DNA of 64,000 nt, taken from NCBI GenBank assembly GCA_963825865.1, contig CAWGVG010000014.1, forward strand, positions 96,001 to 160,000, given 5' to 3'. The notes under the pieces were generated by a model. It did no database searches. It worked only from the letters and a program-made list of their open reading frames with translations, and had not been told where the DNA came from. The number at the start of each line of letters is the position of its first letter. The stretch's first letter is position 1. This document shows positions 48,079 to 58,291 of this stretch, piece by piece. Made by a program: the position numbers and the translations under genes. Origin of the DNA: an uncultured Nitrososphaeraceae archaeon. GTDB lineage: Archaea; Thermoproteota; Nitrososphaeria; Nitrososphaerales; Nitrososphaeraceae.

Positions 48079-49442
48079 TTATGTTTTAGTCGTATTAATT
48101 ATCCTATTATCTCTAAAGATATTATCCATTGATTTTGAATCATTATCAAACACTATTGCTCTAGCGGTGGTAGTATTGTTCAATACTATTGTATTTGAGT
48201 ATAATATATTTCCATGAGCACCTGTCTTGATACTTGTAGCATTTGTAGAATTGATAATAGAATTTCGATATACCTTATTAGCCGAGGAGGCATTTAGTAA
48301 AGTAATTCCAAGATTACTATTTGAGATAGAATTATTGTATATTTCATTATTATGTGATTGTGAAACAAGGATAGCTCTACTCTGGTCGTGCAAATGATTG
48401 TCCCTGGCAATAGAGTTAGTCATATTTCTGCTAAATGCTATCCCAGACCCTGTATTATTATAAACTACATTTTTCTCAATAAGTATATTGTAGCAATCCA
48501 ATGAACAGATTATAGCTGTACCATTGTTGCCATATACAGTATTATTTCTAATTACCATATCATGAGTTCCTGTATGCGGATCTATGCCATAATGACCCAT
48601 ATCGTGAACTTTATTGTTTTCAATGACCATGCCCCCTACACCAACTGAATAAAAGCCAAAATATAGGTGGTGTATATCATTATTCCTTATTACGCTACCA
48701 TGCCCAGCAAGATGATAATGAAGCCCAGATGTTCCTGAACCCCATCCTCCTTCATATCCTAAATATGCAATCTCTGAGTTTGTGATATTTGTAGTACCTG
48801 TTCCTAGTCTTTCTACTCTAATATATGGTCTAGGAGCTCCTACATGAACTATTTTTCCGGAACTTTCTCTTAATCCATGACTTTCAACATAATCATTTGT
48901 TTCTGGATTCCAGGAAGTTACTTTTACTGAATCTATCTTCATACTACCATAGACATGTATGCCATATGCAAGAGTGTTGCCATCTGAAATTATTTTTAGC
49001 CATTTGGTATCTTTGGAATCGATATTTAATGTAGATCCAGGTTGTATGGTCACATTTGCATTTAACAACCATACTCCATATTATTATTATTATTATCGGG
49101 ATCTTTGTACAAAGCCTTATTTTCAGCTCCTCCGAGCTGTTCATATATATCAGTTAGGCTTACAGGAGATTTGCATGACACCGTGATTGTGAGAGTTGCT
49201 GCATCATAGGCTATACACCCTGATTCCGGTAATCCATATGCTGTTTGTATTTGCTCATTTGATGGTATTGAAAAACTTGGAAAGGCAAATGTCGAAAGTA
49301 TCAGTACAATAGCAGTAGTAATACCTGCGTAGCGTACTATAATCGAATGTTTGGCAATATATGTGTAGTAAATTTTTTTTCTAATTCTATTCGTTCCCGT
49401 TTGAATATTGTTACTTGAAAGGCTATGATGGGGATGAAACAA
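48079..49442 (-). CDS. Secreted right-handed parallel beta-helix protein (NosD/AlgG-like), frameshift near 49080
   Basis: NSEIAYLGY, HHLYFGFYS, YGIDPHTGTHD, IICSLDC; signal-like N-terminus. Confidence 0.8.
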
Positions 49443-49821
49443 GCTAACTTTGATAATTAGAAAATACAGACATTTACACTTTACTACATTTTTGAAGTTT
49501 TTACATAGTAGTCAAAACATATCAAATGAAGACAATATTCAAAGGATCAATAACTGAATTATGCGGCCACTTGATCTTTTGATTGCTCCTCCTTCCTTTT
49601 CCAAAGGTTTTGTTTTTTTTTGTCAAATCCTGGCGTTTTTTTGGCGCCATATTAGGGCTATTATTATTGTTAGCTTTTCATATGCTATATCATAGATAGA
49701 TGGATAATAAGTAACATATATGCTATCTAAAAATCAACTATGAGATGAAAAATGATGATGCGTTGCTTTTTAACATAATTTTTATAATTTATGAAGGAAT
49801 GAATAAGAACCAAAACTAAGA

Positions 49822-50130
49822 ATGATAGGGAATGCTCTGAGTAATAATGATAATGATATGACCGCTGATAACGATGATAATGAATTCACATATCTATTCA
49901 ATGGCCAAAGTATAGATGGCTGGCATATGGCAGGTCCAGGTAAATTCGTATTTCTTGAAGATGATAAATCATTACAATCAGAAGGACGAATGGGATTACT
50001 ATGGTATGCAAAAAAGAAATACAACGACTTTGTACTAAAGATTGATTGGAAAGTTAATCGTAGAAATGACAATTCCGGCGTATTTATCAGATTCTCAGAT
50101 CCAGATAATGATCCTTGGATTGCATTTTAG
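49822..50130 (+). pseudogene. DUF1080 (3-keto-disaccharide hydrolase) N-terminal fragment
   Basis: LFNGQSIDGW, GLLWY..KYNDFVLK.DWK, NSGVFIR. Confidence 0.75.
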
Positions 50131-50202
50131 AAAAAAATTTATACAAAAAATTGAATAATTGTCTTTAACCCTTCATCACTGGCGGCGCAATCACTACTAC
50201 TA

Positions 50203-50430
50203 CTAGTATGCGTGATATTCTTGCTTATGCTGCCTTAATTCTTTTGATGTCCAAAACAGATTATCACATTTTTCGCATTTCCAATGGTGTATGTTTGGCT
50301 GCTCATATGTACCAGCGTAAGTTTCTCTAGTGTTTTTATAGAATCCTGTTTTATTATTATAGTTAACGTAAGTATAGTTGAGTTTGTACTTATTAAAACC
50401 TCTACGCTCATCTTGTGATATTACTTTCAT
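50203..50430 (-). CDS. C2H2 zinc-finger protein
   Basis: WKCEKCDNLFWTSKELRQHKQEYH. Confidence 0.7.
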   Translation of the reverse strand: MKVISQDERRGFNKYKLNYTYVNYNNKTGFYKNTRETYAGTYEQPNIHHWKCEKCDNLFWTSKELRQHKQEYHAY

Positions 50431-50435
50431 TTTGG

Positions 50436-50684
50436 CTACCTTTGTATAATATTATCACTATAGCAGATTTTATAATCATGAATGAAGCTTTGTTTTATAT
50501 CATCAGTAAGGTCCTCAAGTTTTTGACTATCTTTTGATTCACTTTTATTATCATTGCTACTGCTACTTTTTTCAATTCCAAGCGAATCTAGTTCATTTAT
50601 CCACCAACTAACCTTTTTAGACTGTTCATTATCATTGACACCGTTGGCGAGCTTTTTGTTATTTATCATTTTTTTCTCACTCAC
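50436..50684 (-). CDS. Hypothetical protein
   Basis: Tightly spaced with neighbouring ORFs on the same strand. Confidence 0.4.
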   Translation of the reverse strand: MSEKKMINNKKLANGVNDNEQSKKVSWWINELDSLGIEKSSSSNDNKSESKDSQKLEDLTDDIKQSFIHDYKICYSDNIIQR

Positions 50685-51184
50685 TCTAATTATGGGGATG
50701 TGGATTGTCCTGCCGCTTGAATCTGGCTAGGATACCAGCCATTACTATCGTTAGAGTAGTTGGTATTACAAGTAATATTAGTATTATCAATTGTTGTTTG
50801 TTTGTTTTCATTTTCATTGCTATCATTTTTCTCCTTTTTGTCACTTAATCTAATAGAGATATACACTCCATCTAAATCCACTCTGCGCGGTAGCCAATTC
50901 TATAGCCATAAACAAAATTTATGTGAATGTCTAAAACCAAAATGGTCATTAAAGAACCCACCATTAAGGGAATTGGAACATGTAGCAGCGGCGTGACGTG
51001 CCACTTTGCTCTCTATATATATTATATATACACATCGTTGTACATAGGCATTCCGAAACAACAAACTGACTGTTGATACCATTATACTAACAATAGTTAT
51101 ACATTTTATTTATTATCATTAGTTGTGATGAATGATACCATCAATTGTTAGATGAATTAATTACACCCCATTAGATATATTCAA

Positions 51185-51289
51185 TATTTAAGCGAAATAA
51201 ATAAGCACTAAATTATATTAAATAAATCAGCATTAACTTACTCAAGTCAAATATACAGATGACATCATACTGATAGTGACGAAATCTAC
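51185..51289 (+). promoter_or_regulatory. Cassette B promoter: two boxes at 25-bp spacing plus TATA-like element
   Basis: gaaataaataag 51194, taaataaatcag 51219, ctcaagtcaaatatacagatgac. Confidence 0.7.
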
Positions 51290-51550
51290 ATGAACAACAC
51301 AACAACTCTAGCAATAGTTGCTATCTTAATCGCAGCAACACTAGTAGTAGGAGGAGTAACAACATTCGCAGCACCAACAACAACGCGAGCTGAAACTGAG
51401 TCAGAGAATAGCTCTACAATATGTATAAACGATCAACCATGCCAGAGTACAGTGTAGAATTCAAATACTACTGATTCACAAAACATAAATCACAATAGAA
51501 TCCATATGTCTATAACATGTGTAAACGATGAGCCATGCAAGACTAGCTGA
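51290..51550 (+). pseudogene. Cassette B secreted protein with family signal peptide and two CxNDxPC motifs; internal TAG at 51455 (not in ORF track)
   Basis: MNNTTTLAIVAILIAATLVVGG...ICINDQPCQSTV*...TCVNDEPCKTS*. Confidence 0.65.
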
Positions 51551-51795
51551 TAACAAAGATTAAAGAAAAAGACAATGGAAATGGTGACGGTAATAATAAT
51601 ACTACGGCCCAGCGTCATCTGGACCATTGGAAAGTTATCGTCAAATACTAATCAATCACCAACAGGATAAACAAAAAATATATTCACCGCTTAAAAGTGG
51701 AGTAGATGCAGTAACATACATTATAATTATAGATCTGTTCATTTTAGCCAAGAATGTAGTTAAATATACGATCTGTGGCTATACTCCACTGCTTT

Positions 51796-51990
51796 TTAGG
51801 GAAAAGGTAGAATGAAAGGTGTTTTATCAGGTTGTATAGAATACTGAAGACCTTGATGCACGCAAGTTGGATCAATAATACTATCACATCTGTACTCAAA
51901 AGCACTTGCTTGTTGTTGCAAAAATACCATAGTAAAGGTTCCTCCTCCCATTAGTATTACTGTTGTTGCTGCTGCCAGGGATACTAGCAT
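51796..51990 (-). CDS. Small secreted peptide with one Cys pair and TPFILPFP tail
   Basis: Hydrophobic leader ending QASA, CDSIIDPTC. Confidence 0.55.
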   Translation of the reverse strand: MLVSLAAATTVILMGGGTFTMVFLQQQASAFEYRCDSIIDPTCVHQGLQYSIQPDKTPFILPFP

Positions 51991-52279
51991 TATTATTGTG
52001 ATAATAATATGGTCCTCTCTAACATTATACCATTATTAGAATATATGGGATTAGGTAATTATGATTGTTTTTTCTTTACTAAGTTATTTCTAAAATATCT
52101 GCTATTATTATTATAAATGCGTGTGTATTTCACTTGAGATTTGCGATGAATATTATTATTATTTTCATGTTGAGTTTTCAATTTTAATAATATATTATTT
52201 TCTTATTGTAACCTTTTCAAAACATTGTATTACTATTAATAGATATATAAATAAGTTCTAATCGTTTAGTAACGTTAAT

Positions 52280-52420
52280 AATTATACCAAATAAGTCTGC
52301 AACAAATTAGAATAAATAAATCATAATTACATTATACTAAATAAGTCAGTAATAACAAACAGTAGTAACTACCTCAAGTCAAATATATAGACGACATTGT
52401 ACTGATTGATGACGAATATT
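52280..52420 (+). promoter_or_regulatory. Cassette C promoter: three boxes at 25-bp spacing plus TATA-like element
   Basis: caaataagtctg 52288, taaataaatcat 52313, taaataagtcag 52338, ctcaagtcaaatatatagacgac. Confidence 0.72.
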
Positions 52421-52693
52421 ATGACCAACACAAGAACTCTAGCAATAGTTGCTGTCTTAACAGCGGCAACATTAGTAGTAGGAGTAACGTTCGCAGCAAC
52501 ATCAGCACACTCTGCATTTGCTTACAAGAAAAGAGGAGACAAGGAAAGAGATAATGGTGACGGTAACACAATTACCGCGCAGATAAATGCACAAAAAGGG
52601 TATGTAAGTGGGTATGATAACTCACTAGAACAAGAAGCATCAAATGTTATCTGCACTCATCCGCATGACGAGTGTGTAAGTGAAGGCGACTAG
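52421..52693 (+). CDS. Secreted small protein, SGFDN/ICTHP family, copy C
   Basis: MTNTRTLAIVAVLTAATLVVG...SAFA; GNTITAQINAQKGYVSGYDNSLEQEASNVICTHPHDECVSEG. Confidence 0.75.
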   Translation: MTNTRTLAIVAVLTAATLVVGVTFAATSAHSAFAYKKRGDKERDNGDGNTITAQINAQKGYVSGYDNSLEQEASNVICTHPHDECVSEGD

Positions 52694-52724
52694 AATAGCA
52701 GCTGTAGTTGCTACTACGTGGTAA

Positions 52725-52772
52725 GGTAGTTCTTTATTACTACTACCATAGCCTTTTTTCTTTTTTTGTTTC
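52725..52772 (+). terminator. Conserved hairpin plus poly-T (cassette C)
   Basis: ggtagt...actacc followed by ccttttttctttttttg. Confidence 0.65.
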
Positions 52773-52827
52773 TACACAAAATAAAAACTTTCTGCAAATA
52801 GCCTTTTGTTGTATTTGACTTAACACA

Positions 52828-53028
52828 CTATCTGTTTTTACTGCTACTACTAGCAATGTATCCTTCAATCGCCCTCCGAATATACCTACTCCTAGGAATA
52901 TCTCCACTCTTATTATCGATTTTCTGTATTATTGATTTAGGTAAAGTGATTCCTAATTTTACAGTCATATCCATTGTAGCAGTGGCGATAGTACTACTTG
53001 TCATACTAGTATAATGTACTACACACAT
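52828..53028 (-). CDS. Ribbon-helix-helix (CopG/Arc-like) protein
   Basis: TVKLGITLPKSIIQKIDNKSGDIPRSRYIRRAIEGY. Confidence 0.75.
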   Translation of the reverse strand: MCVVHYTSMTSSTIATATMDMTVKLGITLPKSIIQKIDNKSGDIPRSRYIRRAIEGYIASSSSKNR

Positions 53029-53279
53029 AGCTAAAAGGTTTTTGATAGCAGATTGTTTAAGATTATTATGGTATTATATTGTGTATATTGATTAACTTTT
53101 TTTTGTATGCAGTAGAACAATATATCTATTAAATTAAAACGCACAATTGCTTCAGAATTACACATGAATACAATTATTTTCTAAAATTACAATCTTTATA
53201 CTCTATTACATAGTAGTAACAGATTGCCATAAAACACCAATAATAGCTAAATGAATAACTACACTTGATTTTATAACCT

Positions 53280-53386
53280 GAATAGTTATACGAAATAAGT
53301 CAGCATTATATCATATTAAATAAATCAGCATTAACTTACTCAAGTAAAATATACAGATGACATTGTAATGCTTGTGACGAAAATTT
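53280..53386 (+). promoter_or_regulatory. Cassette D promoter: two boxes at 25-bp spacing plus TATA-like element
   Basis: gaaataagtcag 53292, taaataaatcag 53317, ctcaagtaaaatatacagatgac. Confidence 0.72.
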
Positions 53387-53832
53387 ATGAACAACACAAA
53401 ATCACTAGCAATAGTTGCTGTCTTAACGGCAGCAACATTAGTAGTAGGACTAACAGTCGCAGCAACGGCAACACCATCGGCATTTGCTGGTGGGAATAAA
53501 GAAAGACAGGACAAATACATGAAAGGCGAACAAGATGGTTACAAGAAAGTAAAACAAGACTCCTATAAGAAAAATACCTACAAGAAAGGAAAACAAACTA
53601 ATGGAAATGATGGCGCTAAGGCGAGTGGTAATACACTTACCGTCCAGGCAGCCAAACAACACGGCATAGTGAGTGGATTTGATAACACACTAGAACAAGA
53701 AGCTCAAAACGTGATATGTACCTCATCCAAGCTCAACCTGTGTAAGTGAAGGCAGCGAAACTAACGCGACTGACACAACTGACAACAACAATGGTGACGC
53801 AGCGGCGACGGCCCGGGCCACTGACAAGGTAG
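53387..53832 (+). CDS. Secreted small protein, SGFDN/ICTHP family, copy D (frameshift near 53723; end uncertain)
   Basis: Signal ending SAFA; (Q)DxYKK repeats; GNTLTVQAAKQHGIVSGFDNTLEQEAQNVICT, then HPSSTCVSEG in the shifted frame. Confidence 0.75.
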
Positions 53833-53873
53833 TTCTTTTACAACTACTACCGCAACCTTTTTTTCTTTTTTTC
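53828..53873 (+). terminator. Conserved hairpin plus poly-T (cassette D)
   Basis: ggtagt...actacc, caacctttttttctttttttc. Confidence 0.65.
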
Positions 53874-53961
53874 TAATATCATAATTAAATAATTATCCTT
53901 GATCACATGGTCATAGGTGCATGACACTATATGTTACCAGTTATTAATAACATAAATACTA

Positions 53962-54819
53962 TCATTCTAATTTTCCTTCAGTCAATGGTCTTATAGGGAC
54001 ATGGTCCTTTCTTACTTTGAGTTTATCAAATATATCTGCAGACTGGTTAGATTCCTCACCCTCTATCTCTACATCCAATTCATTCTTTATTACATCCCTT
54101 CCTTACCTTGCGCCAATTAGTATTATCTGTGCATTCTGATAATCTATAAATTTTGTATCTTTAGCAAGAGATACAAAGTTTTCAGTATCATTGAATTCCT
54201 TTAGCACCTCCTGTGGATATTTTGGAGGCTCCTCTGTGCTTGGATAGCCTGTTGGGGCTGGCCTTTTAGGATTAATAACTGAAATAATATAACTTGCTTC
54301 CTTTTCGATACCTAGTTCTTTTTGAGATTCACCAGGTTCTTTTGGCATTTCCAAAATATATGCTAATTCTGCATGGTTTTGGTGTTTTACTATAGCATAC
54401 TTGCCTTCACCAACTGGCCTAGCTGCATCACCTTTTCTAAACTCATCTGACAAGAGATCTTTTGTAAGTTCATTAGGATCGTTGAATATACCGCCTACTC
54501 TGGCCCAATACCGCTCAGATGCTCTGGCTTCACTCTTTCTAATCTCTGGGAGTGATTTTTTACCTATAACAAATAGCCTATAAAACTGATTTTTACCACC
54601 ACTCTCTTTAGTATTTTCTGATTTTTCAGGGGCAGTAACCATGAAAAAGCGCCTAACATCCTCAATGCCCTTTACCTCCTCCGCATCTTTCTTGGGCCTA
54701 TAAAAGAAATAGATATCACCTTGTTCTAGAATTTCAGGTTTAGTATTATCACTAATATATATATTATTAGCATTCATTTGATTTTCTTGTTGTCTTTGTT
54801 GATCCATAATTAAACTCAC
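53962..54819 (-). CDS. Conserved hypothetical protein with an in-frame TAA at 54103
   Basis: ILEQGDIYFFYRPK, ARPVGEGKYAI, LAYILEMP; continues in frame GRDVIKNEL...PLTEGKLE*. Confidence 0.7.
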
Positions 54820-54826
54820 ACTCTTT

Positions 54827-55093
54827 TTAATTTATAAAAAGTGACAAATTACATTCTTGGCAAAAGTAGCAAAGCCCATTAAAATCGGAGGATAATGACA
54901 TTATATCATAACAGCGAGGACATTCAATTTCCTGTTCTAGATCTTGCAGCATTTTCTTTTCTCCCTTGTTATCCTCAGTTTGTTTCTCATATTGCAAAGG
55001 ATTAGGATCGACTTGCCGCTGTTGTCTTTGTTCTTGTTGATGCTGTCGCTGCTGCAATAGCAATTTCTTGCTCCTCATTTTTTGGACTAGCAC
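54827..55093 (-). CDS. Zinc-ribbon protein
   Basis: ECPRCYDIM...YFCQEC. Confidence 0.65.
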   Translation of the reverse strand: MLVQKMRSKKLLLQQRQHQQEQRQQRQVDPNPLQYEKQTEDNKGEKKMLQDLEQEIECPRCYDIMSLSSDFNGLCYFCQECNLSLFIN

Positions 55094-55406
55094 TGATTAG
55101 CTTGAGTTGTTATTATATTCCGAAACACAAACCATTACCTATGGAAACAATGTGGTGTGAAATTATTTGTATTCTTAATGTTTAATGCATTTTAAACTTT
55201 GTAATATATTAATTATCATGCCATCCTCCTAGTATTGGCTTGTAAAATATCCAAGATAATTACTGACCATAAAGGGAAAATATGACCGACGACAATGATC
55301 TCTGCTCACTATCGTCGTATCTGTAGAATTACGACCTCAATTACAGAGAAAGAAAATTGATGACAAAACCATAAGACTTTACAATTATAGATTCCTAAGT
55401 TAGAAT

Positions 55407-55553
55407 ATGTTTGGTAAAGCAAGATGTAAATTATGTGGTAACAATGTTAGATTTGCGTTGAGACATTTAAAGGAAAAACATCCTGAAACATTAGACGATA
55501 AAGATGTAATAAAATTGAATATGTTGAGGATAATGAAGAAATATTTTGAATAA
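55407..55553 (+). CDS. 48-aa C2H2-like zinc-finger microprotein (not in ORF track)
   Basis: MFGKARCKLCGNNVRFALRHLKEKHPE... Confidence 0.6.
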   Translation: MFGKARCKLCGNNVRFALRHLKEKHPETLDDKDVIKLNMLRIMKKYFE

Positions 55554-55893
55554 ATCATTATTTTGTAATAACTTTTATTTGAATGGATTCTGTTAACTCC
55601 ATAGCATGGTTACATGTGGAAGAGGCTTCATTTATTTATCTATCGAAATAGTGTAATGATGTATTCTAATAGAATGTTTTTTGCATAATAACACTATATT
55701 AACGGATATCAATTGGTTCAGAAAAGGCGATATGTTTATACCAAATTATTTACGATATTTTTATTATGGCATAAATCTCATTTGCAGTTTTTTATTTTAA
55801 TTATCCATTATATTTATGATTTGAATCAAATTCAATTAAGCAAATTTAATAAATGCGATTAGTCATATTAGTATTAAAGAAGTAGCATATAAT

Positions 55894-56061
55894 ATGCGTC
55901 TATTCAAAAGGAAAGAAAAAGAAAAGGACAGTAATAACAACACTTCTACTCTTATAAAATGTAAACATTGCGATATGGAATTTGAAGATAAGGAAAGATT
56001 AAAGATACATGATAAAAAGGCTCATTCTGGAAAAGGTGAAAGAAAGAAAATGAAGAAATAG
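55894..56061 (+). CDS. 55-aa C2H2 zinc-finger microprotein (not in ORF track)
   Basis: IKCKHCDMEFEDKERLKIHDKKAH. Confidence 0.7.
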   Translation: MRLFKRKEKEKDSNNNTSTLIKCKHCDMEFEDKERLKIHDKKAHSGKGERKKMKK

Positions 56062-56327
56062 AGGATTTTTATTGAATTTTAATAATAAAAATCACATAAT
56101 ACATCTCTCTCTATACATAGAAAAGGAAATTAAGCAAGATAGTTAGCCTGTAGTAATTCTTAACAGATGAACAAATTGTGTACCCCAATTATATCGGGTA
56201 AACAGAAGATACATCTCTTTTTAGCCTTTCACCTTCAGCAGTTATACTTGATTAATTGGTGCTTTTTTCCATATGTGTATATTATAAGAGAGCAAATGTA
56301 ATAATAGTTCTAACGGTTTTAAGAAAG

Positions 56328-56634
56328 ATGATGAATACTAATGAGCAGTATCTTTCTGGACCATTGTTATGGATAGGCATCTCTCTTGGTGTTATCTTTG
56401 CTATTTATTTTTATACTCCTTTTCCTTTATCTATACCATTAGCGATAACAGCTTTCATTTTCTTAAACTTTTATTTGAGAAAAAAAGTTGTTAAAAAAAT
56501 GAATACAATTGGTAATACTACTGGAGCAGTAATGCCTCCTCTTTAATCTATTGTTGTATTAAGTGCGGAACAAGACATAATGAAACTGCTTGTCCTAAAT
56601 GTGGTTCAAAGATGAAAAAAGCAGATTTCCATAG
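56328..56634 (+). CDS. 2-TM membrane protein with C-terminal zinc ribbon (frameshifted)
   Basis: Hydrophobic hairpin, then YCCIKCGTRHNETACPKCGSKMK in another frame. Confidence 0.55.
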
Positions 56635-56689
56635 ATTTTGAGAGTTTGTTACAATGAATATTTCAGTAATTTACAAATTCAACGGTAGT

Positions 56690-57095
56690 TGAGCAATAAA
56701 CCCATTATTCAAACAAGGCAAAGAGACTACGAGGAAAAAGACCCAATACACTTATCAGTGACGGTGCTCGTAATTTCAATGATGCCTTTAACAAGGAATT
56801 CTACACAAATACCACTCCAAGAACAAGGCATATCAGACATATCCGTTTACAAGGAGACCACAATAACAACAAGATGGAGCGTTTCAATGGAGAGGTTAGA
56901 GACAGGGAGAAAGTAATGAGGGGATTGAAAAAGAAAGATTCTCCAATTCTAACAGGATATCAAATATTTCATAACTACGTTAGACCGCATATGGGACTAA
57001 ATGGTATGACACCTGCTGAAATGTGTGGAATTAAGATTGAAGGTCAGAATAAATGGTTGACGTTAATTCAAAATGGAGAGAAATATAGATCTTAA
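56690..57095 (+). pseudogene. IS6-like (DDE_Tnp_IS240-type) transposase, C-terminal part
   Basis: LISDGARNF, NNKMERFNGEVRDREK..RGLK, HNYVRPH.GL.G.TPAE.CGI. Confidence 0.8.
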
Positions 57096-57178
57096 AACCA
57101 TTAATTTGAGAACACTAGACTTAACCAAACACAAATCTAAAATATATTGAAACTAGTCAAAGTCACAATAATAAACCA

Positions 57179-57360
57179 ATGACAACTGTTGTTGCAATAA
57201 AATCAGATGATGGTATTATCTTGGCAGGTGACAGCCAAGGAAGCAATAATACTATGAAAGATTTAGACATAAGTAAACTTTTTCCTATAAATGATTCAAT
57301 AGGTGTTGGTGCTGCTGGGGATATTGGTCACATTAGAGTATTGATTGATAAATTAAAACT
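57179..57360 (+). pseudogene. Proteasome beta/Ntn-hydrolase-like protein, N-terminal 60 aa
   Basis: MTTVVAIKSDDGIILAGDSQ...K...GVGAAGD; the rest of the tracked ORF is antisense integrase. Confidence 0.7.
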
Positions 57361-58291
57361 ATGCCCCATTAGTAATTCTTTAAATGAATGTGCTACGTCA
57401 GAGTTCATCAAAGCAGTATTGAAAAACTTTCTTAGGCTATGGTCTGGCTGTAATTGTTCTTACGGTAAACCAGCTTTTGTTAAAAGAAATTTCATTTGTT
57501 TATTTATCGTTTGTTCTCTCAGTGGCCTTGCTTTATTAGTAGCCTTTGAAAAGGCTGCAAATTTATCCCGTATAATATATGACTCCTCTGTTATTTTTCA
57601 TGTTGCCTTTTCCTAAATTCAAAATATTCGTCTAATGTAGCCATGCATTCAGGTGTTAATAGAGCATTGTATTTATAATTTTTAGACTGTGGATAGATGC
57701 TTAATATGCTAATATTATTACTTTCTTGCAATCTTTTGAGATGTTTTATCTTTAATTCTTTGATAGCTCCTACTCTTATTCCAGTAGATGACATTAGCAA
57801 AATAAGACAGCGATCTCTAAGATCAGATTCTACCAAGAGTTTTGCTATCTCCTCTCTTGTATATGCTCTTAAATTATTAGTAACTTGTTCAGGACAATAT
57901 TTTATAATCTTTTTCCAATTTAGCATTATTTCATTAAAGTCAAGGAAAGATTGTATGCCATCTAAATAATTTTTAATAGAGTTTACTGATATTTCTCCGC
58001 GCTTTGCTTTATCGACCGATTGCTTAGCATTCTTTTTAAGGTGTATAATGTAGTTAAGAACCATATTCCTTATTTGTTCTGGTTTTAATTGAATTAAAGT
58101 ATCAGGGTCAATCTTGTGATATTTGCATAATAATGAAAGGTGAACCTTATACGCATTCTTTGTAGCTGGAGAATTATATCCTTCAAGCCATATTTTACAG
58201 GAGTTATAGCTTTCCAAGTCTAGCTTTGTGAACCACATCTTGTCTTTGGCGCGGCGGCAATGGTAGTGACGGCGATAGGAGTAGTACTCAA
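57355..58291 (-). pseudogene. Tyrosine recombinase lacking the terminal catalytic Tyr segment
   Basis: LRDRCLILLMSSTGIRVG, HSLRKFF, LLMGHS; frameshift near 57593 and stop near 57461. Confidence 0.85.

Noticed and set aside
43714-57463. Stop-codon reassignment or pyrrolysine readthrough
   Set aside because: Internal stops are mixed (TGA, TAG, TAA, TAA) and all three codons end intact genes; mutation or sequencing error is simpler
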